DNA of 49,480 nucleotides from Octopus bimaculoides. Taxonomy: Eukaryota. A program made the translations under genes and the position numbers. The DNA lies in assembly GCF_001194135.2 (NCBI RefSeq), contig NC_068985.1, forward strand, positions 50,943,397-50,992,876, given 5' to 3'. The notes under the pieces were generated by a model, which searched no databases, was not told the origin of the DNA, and worked only from the letters and a program-made list of their open reading frames with translations. How positions within the stretch are numbered: position 1 is the first letter of the stretch; each line of letters begins with the position of its first letter. This document shows, one piece after another, positions 1-12,990 of the stretch.

Positions 1-308
1 GCCAGTACCGCCTGACTGGCTCCCGTAGGATTTTCGAGCGAGATCGTTGCCAGTGCCCCGGACTGGCTTGTGCGGGTGGCACATAAAAGACACCATTTCG
101 AGCGTGGCCATTTTCATGCGGGTGACACGTAAAAGCACCCACTACACTCTGAGTGGTTGGCGTTAGGAAGGGCATCCAGCTGTAGAAACTCTGCCAAATT
201 AGACTGGAGCCTGGTGTTGCCATCCGGTTTCACCAGTCCTCAGTCAAATCGTCCAACCCATGCTAGCATGGAAAGCGGACGTTAAACGATGATGATGATG
301 ATGATGAT
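1..308 (+). mobile_element. 3' UTR/tail of RTE-clade LINE (5' part outside window), ends in (GAT)n
   Basis: Nearly identical to 9991-10227, which follows an RTE ORF C-terminus across a gap; ends ...GCGGACGTTAAAC(GAT)n. Confidence 0.85.
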
Positions 309-390
309 TTATACATACATATATATGCATACATTTATATATACATACATTTATATATACATATATATGCATACATTTATATATACATAT

Positions 391-493
391 ATCATCATCA
401 TCATCGTTTAACGTCCGCTTTCCATGCTAGCATGGGTTGGACGATTTGACTGAGGACTGGTGAAACCGGATGGCAACACCAGGCTCCAATCTG
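391..493 (-). mobile_element. 5'-truncated RTE tail, inverted relative to 1-308
   Basis: Reverse complement matches about 200-308 almost exactly; flanked by an imperfect ~28-nt duplication ATATATGCATACATTTA... Confidence 0.85.
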
Positions 494-508
494 ATATATG
501 CATACATT

Positions 509-510
<2 letters not shown>

Positions 511-589
<79 letters not shown>
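511..589. repeat. (TA)n microsatellite
   Basis: Direct reading; source of the YIYI pseudo-ORFs. Confidence 0.95.
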
Positions 590-595
<6 letters not shown>

Positions 596-883
596 ATATA
601 CTTACATACATACACATACACAAATATACATACATAGATATACATACATATATATATATATGTTTTATATATACACAAACATAAAAACTTACAGTTCAGT
701 TGCTAACTGTAGAAAACATGGATAAAGAAATATAAAATAGTAATGAAAAAGAAATTCATGTATTTTACTGCTTACTAATCCACTTCCAGAATCAAACCTG
801 ATATTTTATATTTTGAATTGATCAAATAAATATTACGAACCCACCCCACAAAAAATCTTAATCTGAACATGGATAAAAACTTA

Positions 884-1183
<300 letters not shown>

Positions 1184-1568
1184 TCATGGCATTTTTGAAG
1201 CTACGACTGTGTGTGTACGTGCGTGTGTGTGTTGTGCGCGCACGCGTGTGCATGTGTGGCTCAACAGCTTGCCAGTTCTGGTCAAGCCATCCAACCGATG
1301 CCAGTAATTTTAGAATATGTATTCCTAGAAGTAGTACAAAAGATAAATATAATGAAAGCTAGAAATGAATCTCTAGGTAGAGGGTTAAAAAGTTCCAAGA
1401 TATGCTCTTGGTAAAATCAGCAGATCAAGGAAGGGGAGAATAGGAAAGAGACTGTGAAAGTGGAGGGGTGGTTACATGGTGCGTGAGGATAAGGTTTTAG
1501 AATTAAAGTAAAGGTAACTGCAGTGAAATAGGTTAAAATATAAATTAAAAAAATAAAGTATGATGATG

Positions 1569-1601
<33 letters not shown>

Positions 1602-1605
1602 TATA

Positions 1606-2795
1606 TCATCATCATCATCATTAATGTCTGTATTCCATGCTGGCATTGGTTTGACAATTTAACAGGAGCTGGTAAGGCCAGGGACCACACCAGGCTCCAT
1701 TGTCTGCTTTGGCATGGTTTCTATGGCTAGATTCACTTCCTAACGCCAACCACTTTTCAGAGTGTACTGAGTGCCTTTTATGTGGCACAGGCACCAACAG
1801 GGCCACCAAGTAACTTTCAAAACAAAAACTCTCTCAGCTGGGAGGGGTAGTAGTAGAGAGAGGGTTGCTTTGTGCCAGTTGATGAGAGATTACAGGTACA
1901 GAGGGACAGGGATAGGTGTCTTGTTGTAGAGTAGATACATAAATATTCAAGTTGAAAATGGAGGGTAAGTTAGAGCAATAGTGAGAGAGATGGTGGTGAA
2001 GATGTATTGGGATATGCCTTCAAGGGACATTTTGGATAGTTAGAATAAGTAGATGATACAGAGGTTTAGACTGGGTGGATGAACAGGAAAAAGGTGACGG
2101 AGGCAAATGATGGAGTGAAATATAAGAGGCTTGGGAGGTGTAAGGGTTATGGTAGGTATGTAAGTGCATTAAGGGTGATAGCAGATAAGCAAAGCGTTAC
2201 TGATCGAGAACAACATAGGGAAGAGAAGGCATGGAAAGGATGTGATTGGTGGAGACACTAGACAGGGGAAGGTAATAGGAAATGGAAGTGGTTTAGGGTA
2301 GAGAAGGTGGTAACTGAGAAAGCAGGGGAATGTAGTATGTGCATGTTCTGCTCTCAGATGATAGAAAAATAATGGGTGTTAGAGGATGAAAGGTAGGGGG
2401 AAATGGTTGATGGGGCAGAGAGGATTCAGGTGAGCATGGGACCTCACAGACAGGCACTGACCAAGGTGGTTTAGAATATCACTTCTGCTGTAGTGGATAG
2501 GTCTTCTTGAGTACAGCAAGAGGGAAGATATCTCAGTCCTTTGTCATCTTCATAAGGTTCAGTGTCTTAAGATAGGCCTTCTTCCTCTTTCACAAGTTCT
2601 ATCCACTTTTGAGATCAACACTTCTGTATGCAATTGTCTACATCCATGCACATCACATGACCAAACTAGTTTCACCCCATTACTAAGCCAAACAGCATTT
2701 AATCATTTCTCTTCCTAATTAATTGGGCTATACCTCTTTCTGTAACTTTCATGACCTGGTCCAGCAAATCTGATACTTCTGTACTTATTTCTAAG

Positions 2796-2797
<2 letters not shown>
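1606..2797 (-). mobile_element. Old degraded RTE LINE (RT fragment plus 3' tail)
   Basis: 2699-2797 reads LLDQVMKVTERGIAQLIR, similar to the RT fragment at 30877; tail with (CAT)n on plus strand near 1606-1620; middle portion only weakly supported. Confidence 0.65.
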
Positions 2798-2837
<40 letters not shown>

Positions 2838-3824
2838 NNNNNNNNNNNNNNNNNNNNNNNNNNNNNNNNNNNNNNNNNNNNNNNNNNNNNNNNNNNNNNN
2901 NNNNNNNNNNNNNNNNNNNNNNNNNNNNNNNNNNNNNNNNNNNNNNNNNNNNNNNNNNNNNNNNNNNNNNNNNNNNNNNNNNNNNNNNNNNNNNNNNNNN
3001 NNNNNNNNNNNNNNNNNNNNNNNNNNNNNNNNNNNNNNNNNNNNNNNNNNNNNNNNNNNNNNNNNNNNNNNNNNNNNNNNNNNNNNNNNNNNNNNNNNNN
3101 NNNNNNNNNNNNNNNNNNNNNNNNNNNNNNNNNNNNNNNNNNNNNNNNNNNNNNNNNNNNNNNNNNNNNNNNNNNNNNNNNNNNNNNNNNNNNNNNNNNN
3201 NNNNNNNNNNNNNNNNNNNNNNNNNNNNNNNNNNNNNNNNNNNNNNNNNNNNNNNNNNNNNNNNNNNNNNNNNNNNNNNNNNNNNNNNNNNNNNNNNNNN
3301 NNNNNNNNNNNNNNNNNNNNNNNNNNNNNNNNNNNNNNNNNNNNNNNNNNNNNNNNNNNNNNNNNNNNNNNNNNNNNNNNNNNNNNNNNNNNNNNNNNNN
3401 NNNNNNNNNNNNNNNNNNNNNNNNNNNNNNNNNNNNNNNNNNNNNNNNNNNNNNNNNNNNNNNNNNNNNNNNNNNNNNNNNNNNNNNNNNNNNNNNNNNN
3501 NNNNNNNNNNNNNNNNNNNNNNNNNNNNNNNNNNNNNNNNNNNNNNNNNNNNNNNNNNNNNNNNNNNNNNNNNNNNNNNNNNNNNNNNNNNNNNNNNNNN
3601 NNNNNNNNNNNNNNNNNNNNNNNNNNNNNNNNNNNNNNNNNNNNNNNNNNNNNNNNNNNNNNNNNNNNNNNNNNNNNNNNNNNNNNNNNNNNNNNNNNNN
3701 NNNNNNNNNNNNNNNNNNNNNNNNNNNNNNNNNNNNNNNNNNNNNNNNNNNNNNNNNNNNNNNNNNNNNNNNNNNNNNNNNNNNNNNNNNNNNNNNNNNN
3801 NNNNNNNNNNNNNNNNNNNNNNNN
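2838..3824. other. Assembly gap flanked by (TA)n
   Basis: Run of N. Confidence 1.
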
Positions 3825-3865
<41 letters not shown>

Positions 3866-3999
3866 TACACATGAAGATATATACATATTTTCTATATACA
3901 CATCCACTCAAACAAGACACACATAATACATGTGTATATATATATAATTAATAGCAACAGAAACAGTATTAATACCAAAAGGTAATATTTATCCCCACT

Positions 4000-4220
4000 A
4001 AAAGTGGATGTTGAGTTAGAACACAAAATACTGCATTATTTATCATGAGAAAACCTCTCATATGGACTTGTGGTGCATATAAGCACTCATGTTTATATCA
4101 CTAGCAGACAACTCTTACTAGAGATATAAACAAGTGCTTAAATGTACTACAAATTCATATTAGAGGTTCTCTCATGGTAAATAATGCAGTATTTTGTGCT
4201 CTAATATAACAACCACTTTT
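4000..4220. mobile_element. Palindromic MITE-like foldback element
   Basis: Arms of about 100 bp (TTAGAACACAAAATACTGCATTATTTATCATGAG... / ...CTCATGGTAAATAATGCAGTATTTTGTGCTCTAA) around a ~13-nt loop. Confidence 0.75.
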
Positions 4221-4254
4221 CATTAGGAATAAATAAATAAATATATATATCTAT

Positions 4255-4508
4255 ATCATCATCATCATTTAACGTCCGCCTTCTATGCTAGCATGGGTTG
4301 GATGATTTGACTGAGGACTGGCAAACCAGAAGGCTGCACCAGACTCCAATCTGATCTGGCACAGTTTCTACAGTTGGATGCCCTTCCTAACGCCAACCAC
4401 TCTGAGAGTGTAGTGGGTGCTTTTACGTGCCACCGGCACGAGGGCCAGTCAGGCGGTACTGGCAATGGCCACGCTCAAAATGGTGTTTTTTACATGCCAC
4501 CTGCACAG
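4255..4508 (-). mobile_element. 5'-truncated RTE tail
   Basis: (CAT)n then TTTAACGTCCGCCTTCTATGCTAGCATGGGTTGG..., same family as 1-308. Confidence 0.85.
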
Positions 4509-5049
4509 TTCTTTTATTTCTTCTATTTCTTTATCCCAATTCTTTTATTTCCTTCATTACTTTATTCCAACCCTACTAAATGTTTTTTATTTATTTATAT
4601 GTAACTTACTTTATTATCCGTATTTTTTTCTTATATTACTCTCGATTTGACTTCCATTATTTTTATATTTTATCTCTTATTTTATATTGTTTTATTTCGT
4701 ATTTTATATTGTTTTAACCACTAACTTTTATTTTATTTTTGATCTTCTCCTTCTATCTCATATACGCTAGTTATATACAATCCAATCTATTTATCATTCA
4801 CCCTACCCTGAATTATGGTACAATATGGTCAGATTTTTGAATACCAAGGAACATTTATGCAGATATAACAATTTAAAGGATAAGCATATTACAATGGATA
4901 ATACTAAGTGGACTTTTCCTTTTTCTCTCTTTTTCTTTCTTCTTTGTAATGTAATCTTGGGACTGAAAATGCTTGCGGCTGAAGATAGCTTTAAACCATC
5001 CTTTCTATCAATTATATACTCATATAATGATACAACAACAGTTTGTGTA

Positions 5050-5395
5050 TAAAGCTTGAAACACGTGTACTGCGATATCCTTTGTGTTCTGTTTTCATTT
5101 TACTTTTTAATATATTCTTTCACCTCGGCCACTATCTGGCATATACAGGTGCTTACACTTATCAAGTATTACATCTAAAATTTACATTCCACAATGTAAC
5201 TTTGTGGACATCGGTGTTGATTTTTTCTTTCTCCGTTTTTCCCTTCTTTGAACTTTCCTTGTTTCCGACGAAGGGCTCCGCCCAAAACGTCATACTCTCT
5301 CTCTTTCCTTTCCCAAGCGTCTAATAACACTATCCGTATCACGTCCTCACGTTGTTGTTTTTTGTTATTGTTTATTGTCTTTTTTTTAACTATAT
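5050..5395 (+). mobile_element. Penelope pseudo-LTR-like short element with a degenerate hammerhead core
   Basis: About 5195-5375 matches the reverse complement of 49220-49400; contains CCGACGAAGGGCTCCGCCCAAAACGTC; family assignment inferred from the motif. Confidence 0.55.
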
Positions 5396-6454
5396 ATATA
5401 TATATATACACACACACACATACGTATGTACAGGGTGTTCAGACTAGATTTCATGATTGTTTTTATATCTCCGTTTTTCAGGAACAACTTGATGGATTGG
5501 TGAACAGTCAACAGTATTGGAGAGCATTTATATAAAAATAAGCTTGCTCATTCACCTGTTATACTTTAGTTAGTTAGAGAGGTGGAGGTGGAATGAAAAG
5601 TGGAGTGAGAGGTGGAGTAAAAGTGAGAGAGAGGGGAGGAATGTGAGTAGAAAGGAGAGAGGAGTATAAGGCCAAATGCTTCACATGGTTAGTCGAAGGG
5701 AGAGGCAAAGAGTGAGAGAAAAAGACAGGGAGATGGGTTAATGACGTGTTGTAGGGTGGGGAGGGAATGTGATCTCTCAAATGACCGTTCAGTCCCACTG
5801 CAGATGTGCATGGTTTGAAGAATAGGTAACAGAAAAAATCATAACTGAAGCATAGGTAACAGGCAAAAGTCATAACTTACTGTGCACTTCCAATTGTTAG
5901 GTTTGCACACGTTAACACTCTTTTATCACCATAAGACTTTCTGTAGATGGAGGGACAAATAAGATCACTACTAAGACATCTGATCTGTATGACACTGGAT
6001 TACAGAGATAAACACTTTTGAAACACCAGTACCCATCTCTGAATTTCAGTAATTAGTACCTTGTGACAGGCTTAAGCAAGATGACCAGTATCTTGTGAAA
6101 CTGCAGATTTTACATGAGAATGTCCCTCTCCTAGAAGGATGCTGTGGCAACAGCTAAAAGTCTGTCACTTTCAGGGTTTTGCTGTATCCTGAAACCAATC
6201 AAGAGTATTTCTGCACCCACATACTTGGAATGTCTTCATATATGATAGTTAACTCATAGCTGGGACCCTGACAGGTGCAACTACTCTAGGTCAGAGTAGA
6301 CCAAGAACAATAGTGGTTAAGAGGTGGTTCCACACCCCTCAAAACCCTGAATCTCCTGAACCAGAGTGGTACTATTGGATACCATAAGTAGATAAGTAGG
6401 AAGGTAGATAGGTAGGCAGGTCAGTAGGTAGGAAAGGAAGGAGAGAAGATGAAT

Positions 6455-6482
6455 AGATGGATGGATGGATGGATGGACAGAT
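6455..6482. repeat. (GGAT)n / (AGGT)n tetranucleotide repeats
   Basis: Direct reading. Confidence 0.85.
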
Positions 6483-6589
6483 GGAAGCATGCATGAATAC
6501 ATAAATACATCTAGTGTGTCCATAGCTTGCACTGGATACATCATTTGGAATTCTTGCCTACACCTTTCCTGCATATAGAGCAGGACCAT

Positions 6590-7445
6590 TTACCTGAATT
6601 GGGTGTGGTCCTGTCAGTTTTCTTGTTGATGTTGTTCTGTCGTATGAGTTCATGCAGGCAATCCAAATGTCTGAATTGAATATGCAATATGTCTCTGCCA
6701 AGTTTGTCCCCAACCTGCTAACCACTGAGCAGAAAGAACATCGCATCAAAGTCTGTCAAGATCTTTGTCAGCATGCTGCTGATGACCCATTCTTCATGTC
6801 AAGGATCATCACAAATAATAAGAGTTGGATCTATAGGTACTACCTTGAGATGAAGCAGCAGTCATCACAATGGAAGAGCCTTTCATTTCCATAATCAAAG
6901 AAGGTACAACAGAGATGTAGCTCAATCGAGTGAATGCTCATCGTTTTTTTCAACATCCTCGGTTTTGTGCATCAAGAATTCATCCATCAGGGTCAGACAG
7001 TCAATCGAGGGTTCTGCTGTGATATTTTGAAGCATTTGAGGGAGGGCATTCAGTAAAAGCAGCCAGGTCTTTGGAGCACAAGGAATTGGATTCTTCACAA
7101 CGATTATGCACCATCACTGAGCTCCCCTCACTCGCGAATATCTCAACAAAAACATGGTATCGCTTCCACACCAACCATATTCCCCAGATTTAGCACCTGT
7201 GGATGAAAATGCAGCTCAAAGGTCACCATTTTAACACTGTTGTCAAGATCAAGAGCAAATTGCTGCAGAAGGTCCTCAACTTGTGTACGGAAAACAACTT
7301 CCAAGCCAGATTCCAAAGGTGACAGGAACGCTGGGACCGGTGAATTGCTGCACAAGGTGACTATTTCAAAGGAGATGATGTTAAAACTTAGAGAAATAAG
7401 TTATCAGACATAACTATTCCGGGAACTTTTTGATACTACTTCATA
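6590..7445 (+). mobile_element. Decayed mariner (DD34D-type) transposon, 5' truncated
   Basis: Motifs SAKFVPNLLTTEQKEHR, ITNNKSW (ITGDETW-like), ILHNDYAP, PHQPYSPDLAPVD with stops and frameshifts; TIR-like end ...GGAACTTTTTGATACTACTTCATA. Confidence 0.88.
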
Positions 7446-7929
7446 AATACTACAGATAGTGACATCTATACTACACAGTATTCATGCATAAATGTCCTTA
7501 ATTTATAGTATTCACTCAGACATATGAAAAATAAAAAGACAAGACTTATCCAACACAAGATCTTGTCCTCCACTGATAGTGTTATCGAGGAAGATCCATA
7601 CTTCATCATAGTCAAACGCAATTGAAAGCAAGATACAAACTGCATTAACCATGCAAATATGAACAAATATAGAAAGTCAAGTTAATGTACCACAGTAACA
7701 ATATGGTTAATATTTTCCAGGATATTTAATGATTGTAGGTCACACAAATCTGAGTATTTTGCCAAAGAGAACTCTTTGCATATAGATTTTAGTTGGGAAA
7801 ATTCCATAGATCGTACAAATACCTCCAAAAATATACAGGTCACAAATGGGCCTTAAATTGAGATAGTAAACAGACCCTTAAGAATTTGATTCAAAACTAT
7901 TATACCTTTTTAGGTTTTTTCAAATAAAT

Positions 7930-9030
7930 ATTGGCATCTTATGAACACAGAATGCATACTAATTAACTTCTTTGATAACAATATCCAGATTGCTTCCTCT
8001 ACACACAAATCTTAATTCCCACCACACTATCATATGGAAACATGATCCATAGGACCAACCAGGAAACATGGTAGTTAATTTTCATTGCAGCTCAATGCCA
8101 AATTAGTTTTGCTAAGGAGGACTATGGTTTTTGTTTTTATTTCTAATTGAGGTAGTACGGTTCCTTCAGCTATTCTTGAAGCAATCAGTGGTCAAACCCA
8201 TATATTGGTATACATTATCATGCATTTGGACCAAATGGTTATAAATGGTGTTTCTGCAGAGGCAGTTATTATCTAAAGGACATGCATCCTTATTTCTGAA
8301 GATGCACATTTTATTGTATGTATTGTTGTTGAAATTCTTATCATTATTGTTATTAATACTGCTCTTACAGTCATTCCTATTATCCCTATCATTATTATAA
8401 TCATTCAACTTGATTCAGGTTTGGTCTTATTCCTGGTAGAATTTATACTGGTAATGAGTTACTACTGTAACCTTAGATATCCACAAGCTTTCAATAATCT
8501 TTCAAGTGCTCAAAACCCTTTATTATTATTATTATTAGCATCATCACTGTCATATCCTACACCAAGTACATTAAGGAGTTCTATTTTTGCTACCTAGGGA
8601 ATTATTTCTGTATTGTTAACATTAATAACTCATGATTCATTTCCAAGTCAGCATATAAATTTTAGGTTTTTCCTATTATGGGTATTGATTTGGTTATTAG
8701 CTTGCTGGTTAAGTTTTCTATTTAATTTGAAAATGCAGTACTCTAAGGTAAGGAATGTTGTGTAAGAAAGCCTCATTGTATACTTATTAAAGATTTTGTG
8801 GTACCTACTAGATTTAGGAAAGTATTTACCTAAAGCCCAAGAAAAAACAGAAGCGACTCTGGATGATATGTGAAGTCCAAAAATTGGATTATACACAGCT
8901 CTTTCTTACTTAATTTTTTACTTAGGTAACTAGTCCATATTAGTTTTGTCTTCCTGCTTAGTTGGATTTTCATTAAGATGGACATTTGTTTTCCTCCGAT
9001 AGTAATTGTATGATATATCCTCACTACTTA
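7930..9030 (-). mobile_element. Decayed Penelope-like element (RT C-terminus and GIY-YIG endonuclease)
   Basis: KYFPKSSRYHKIFNKYTMRLSY and CIFRNKDACPLDNNCLCRNTIY...YMGLTTDCFK match typical Penelope C-terminal motifs; interrupted by an AAT-rich stretch. Confidence 0.8.
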
Positions 9031-9467
9031 AGTAGATTCATTCTCTACCTATATCATCATCTCTTCTATCTCCATCATTTTACTTGTATTCACTATGATA
9101 TATAGTAGATGCCCTATGTCTATTAAGCACTGTGCAATTGATATTGTTTGTTACTACATAGTGAACTCATTACCTCTATTTGCTCCCATTCTTCCATTAA
9201 ACTTAATATTTTCTTCTCTATTTTCTAATCATGGAACTAGGCTATAATTTATTGGTTTGAGATTCTATGTATATGCTACCAGGATAGGATGTTCTCTCTC
9301 TATTATGAATGTATTTAATGTTTTTATTATATCTGGCTTTAGCTGGTGCTTCATTGTAGTGGTCCACATTTGACATGAATATATCTTCATTTGCAGATAA
9401 TCTTGATGTCCTAGGAAATGCACTGCTTGCTATAGAGTTTATAACTGCTTTTCTGTATTTGCATAAG

Positions 9468-10227
9468 CTCGCAAGGAATGAAGCCAGTATGCTCCGTTGG
9501 ATGTGTAATGTCAATGTGAATACCCGTCAGAGTGTAAGTATCTTGAGAGAAAAGCTGAACATTAGAAGCATCAGTTGTGGCGTGCAAGAGAGACGATTGC
9601 GCTGGTATGGACATGTGGTGAGAATGGAGGAGGATAGCTGCGTGAAAAAGTGCCACACCCTAACAGTTGAGGGAACCCGTGGAAGAGGTAGGCCCAGGAA
9701 GACCTGGGCTGAGGTGGTGAGGCAAGACCTTCGTACATTGGGCCTCACCGAGGCGATGACTACGGACCGAGACCTTTGGAAATGGGCTGTGCGTGAGAAG
9801 ACCCGGCAAGCCANNNNNNNNNNNNNNNNNNNNNNNNNNNNNNNNNNNNNNNNNNNNNNNNNNNNNNNNNNNNNNNNNNNNNNNNNNNNNNNNNNNNNNN
9901 NNNNNNNNNNNNNNNNNNNNNNNNNNNNNNNNNNNNNNNNNNNNNNNNNNNNNNNNNNNNNNNNNNNNNNNNNNNNNNNNNNNNNNNNNNGGCACATAAA
10001 AGACACCATTTCGAGCGTGGCCGTTTTCGTGCGGGTGACACGTAAAAGCACCCACTACACTCTCTGAGTGGTTGGCGTTAGGAAGGGCATCCAGCTGTAG
10101 AAACTCTGCCAAATCAGACTGGAGCCTGGTGTTGCCATCCGGTTTCACCAGTCCTCAGTCAATTCGTCCAACCCATGCTAGCATGGAAAGCGGACGTTAA
10201 ACGATGATGATGATGATGATGATGATG
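9468..10227 (+). mobile_element. 5'-truncated RTE LINE: ORF C-terminus, gap, 3' UTR and (GAT)n tail
   Basis: EASMLRWMCNV...RRLRWYGHVVRMEEDSCVKK...GRGRPRKTW is the classic RTE C-terminal region, open for about 113 codons up to the gap. Confidence 0.9.
9814..9990. other. Assembly gap inside the RTE element
   Basis: Run of N. Confidence 1.
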
Positions 10228-10259
10228 CTATTACAAGTCTTCTGTGTCATCCACAGATG

Positions 10260-11200
10260 AATCAACAGTTACAGTTGATAAAGATTCTTAACATTCTGCT
10301 GCTAGTCAAAGTGTCCATTGAAGCAGCTCATGAAAGAAATATAAGCCTGTTCATGCAACCAAAGATTTACTGAAGAAGTCAAGAGGAATATTGCACCACA
10401 AGAGTTAAAAAAACATTTATTTTTGGAGTGAAGGTTATTCTGGTCAATTTAGATAAAGATATTTTTTTATCACTTCCTTTTATCCTCCAGATATTAAAAT
10501 ACTTTGGGATCATGGTGAAACCCACCATTTCAAAGGATCCTACGATGGAATGGGTGGGACAGTGAGAAGAAAAGTGTATCAAGATGTTTCATAAAAAAAC
10601 TAAATAACCCAGAATGCAGAGCATTTTATTGAATATGAAAATCCAGTTTGTAATGTGTCTGTAATTTATTTGAACAAATCAAAAATCCAAGTACTTAATC
10701 TAGATGATGCAATTGGTGCTAATGGAACATTAAAACCCATCATTAGAAAGAATGGACAATGAAACTGTAGATGTCTATTATAACTATAAGATACCATCAG
10801 AGAAAATTGTTACAATTCAATAAGCAAGGTTATTCAAGAAATGAAGATAACATCACAAACAGCAATAGCAAACAACAAGATCAGTCAATCAAGAAAATTC
10901 CAGTTATTGGTAATTTAGCCATATCCAAATGTATCCTACAGAAACCTTTGAAAACACTTCTTTTCACTGGTATTGTACAAGAAGTACAAATCATTTTATG
11001 TGGTCCAGTTCTTGAAGAAGAGCGGAGAAAAAAAAAACCTTCTCTGTTAAAGTTGAAGATAAGATAATGTAACTATTGACGACAATATGTGTTCAATGAG
11101 ACTTTTACTTACTGCAATCAAATCATTCAATATACACTATCAAAAAAGTCTTTTAAAATGTGTTAGCAAAGGAGTGATTTTGAAAATTTTGTTCCCATTA
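10260..11200 (+). mobile_element. Decayed DDE-type DNA transposase remnant, superfamily uncertain
   Basis: Fragments FWSEGYSGQFR* and ETHHFKGSYDGMGGTVRRKVYQDV resemble the SDGCxxQF...HGKGxxDGxGGxVKR motif set; boundaries approximate. Confidence 0.55.
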
Positions 11201-11869
11201 TTTGGCTAGCCAGAGTGTATATTACCAAGCTTACATTGTTCAAAAGTTTTTGTTATTGTAACCCTTTAGCATTCAAACCGGCCATATCTGGCCAGAATAT
11301 TCTACCTGTTTTATGTCCAATTTAACTAGATCAAGTTTTTCACACCTACTCTACAATGTCAATCTAAAAATAAACAATCACACCATTGAAATCTCAAAGC
11401 AACAAGATAATGGTGCAGAAATAATGGCTGATTCTCTGATCCATCCTTAATGGACTGAACTGAGCCATAACTAATCTGCACATCCTCTGATAACTCACAG
11501 TTGGTAATTCAACGATTTCCCCTCACAGCTACATGCACACCTGCAATGTTTCTCTCAGTCCTGTCAATATCGACATTTTTCGGCCATCATGGAAATGTCT
11601 GAACCACTCATACATTTGTGTGCAGCTCATACATTCCTCTCCATACACTTTCTGCAACTTTGCATAGGCCTCTGAGCAGATATCGTCATGATAACTTTCT
11701 CTTTCATGATCACACTACACACCTTCCTCCTAAGCACTGCTGTAAACAGTGGAAGTGAGCTAGAACGTTAAAACTTAATGCGCATGAACAGCAGAGTTCA
11801 AGGTCAATCTGTGTCATTACTCTGCATGTTTTAGCTTTGTTACTATGGCAACAGTCCGGATACTTATTG

Positions 11870-12990
11870 ACCAGACCTGGTATATACATATGGTGGTCAC
11901 TGAAGAAGGTAGAAGTAGATAGGTGGTTGATGAGAGCCATTCAAGTTATGCCCAAGAATGTTGTCAGTAAGGTGAGGATTAGCAAAGAATACAACAAATT
12001 TAGTGTGCAGGCAGGATTTCTCCAGGGTTCAGTTCTCAATCCTCTCCAATCCATCTTCATCTTTCAGGCCGTAAAAGAAGAGTTTAGGACTAGCTGCTAT
12101 TGGAAACCCCTCTATGCTGATGACCTTGTTCTTACAGCAGAATCTATAGTAGACTTAGAAAAAATTCCAGAAGTGGAAGCAAAACATGGAATCAAAGGTC
12201 TTAAACTCTAGTAAGCAGAAAAACTGACAGGAAACTACTTCCTACATATCAGACAGGGAAACTATTCCTGCCTAGTATGTAGAAAAGTGTAGGTAGAAAT
12301 TCCATTGTTACTCAGTACAATCTATAGACACACAAGAGGTGCAATGGAATCACAGGTAAACTAGCAAGTGAGCAGGTGCAAGAAACACTTATAGCTCATG
12401 AAAATTGATTTCTTCAAATACCTGGAAAGATCCCTAGAGGTAGTAGTTTCTGTTACCTAAGGAAACTAATTAGCAGTAGAGGAGGATGTTCTGAAAGTAT
12501 AGATGCTAGAATAAGAATAGGAAGGAGAAAGTTCAGAGTTATTACGTCTGTTAATAACAAACAGCTTCTCAAAGCAAAGTGCATATTGTTTGATACTTCC
12601 ATACAAACAGCCATGCTAAATGGTAGTGAGATGTGGACCATGAATGCAGAAGACACATGACTAGAAAGTAATGAAGCTAGTGTGCTCCACTGAAAGTGTA
12701 ATATTAGTGTGCATGTACAACACAATGCAAAAGCATTGAGTAGAAAATTGGGCAAAAGAAGAATTAGACGTAGTGTGCAAGAGAGAGAAGACTGCACTAG
12801 TAAAACCATATGATGTGTATGGATGAGGACACCTGCATAAAGCTATGCTAACTGCTGTAGATTAAACTTGTAGAGGGCTGTCCAAGAAAAGACAGGACAA
12901 AGTAGTGAAGACTGACCTCAGGACATTAAGTCTCACAGGAGTGATGACAAAAGACCAAGATGATTCCTTGTACTCAAGATCTGGCCAACT
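11870..12990 (+). mobile_element. Old degraded RTE LINE, RT domain
   Basis: WWSLKKVEVDRWLMRAIQ...QGSVLNP...LYADDLVL (RT catalytic YADD), then decayed C-terminal motifs. Confidence 0.85.

Noticed and set aside
408-725. ORFs rich in YIYI, HTHT, RERE or LSLS (also near 20100, 23250-23900, 37800, 48700)
   Set aside because: Translations of (TA)n, (CA)n and (GA)n microsatellites
2699-3926. Long 290-400 aa ORFs (also 40804-41754, 9527-10148, 43951-44221)
   Set aside because: Open only because they run through N gaps
9375-10067. 230-aa ORF as a host gene
   Set aside because: Chimera of flank, RTE C-terminus, gap and RTE 3' UTR
11420-11860. Possible mariner 5' fragment and piggyBac-like end near 11260
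   Set aside because: Resemblance too weak to support without a database search
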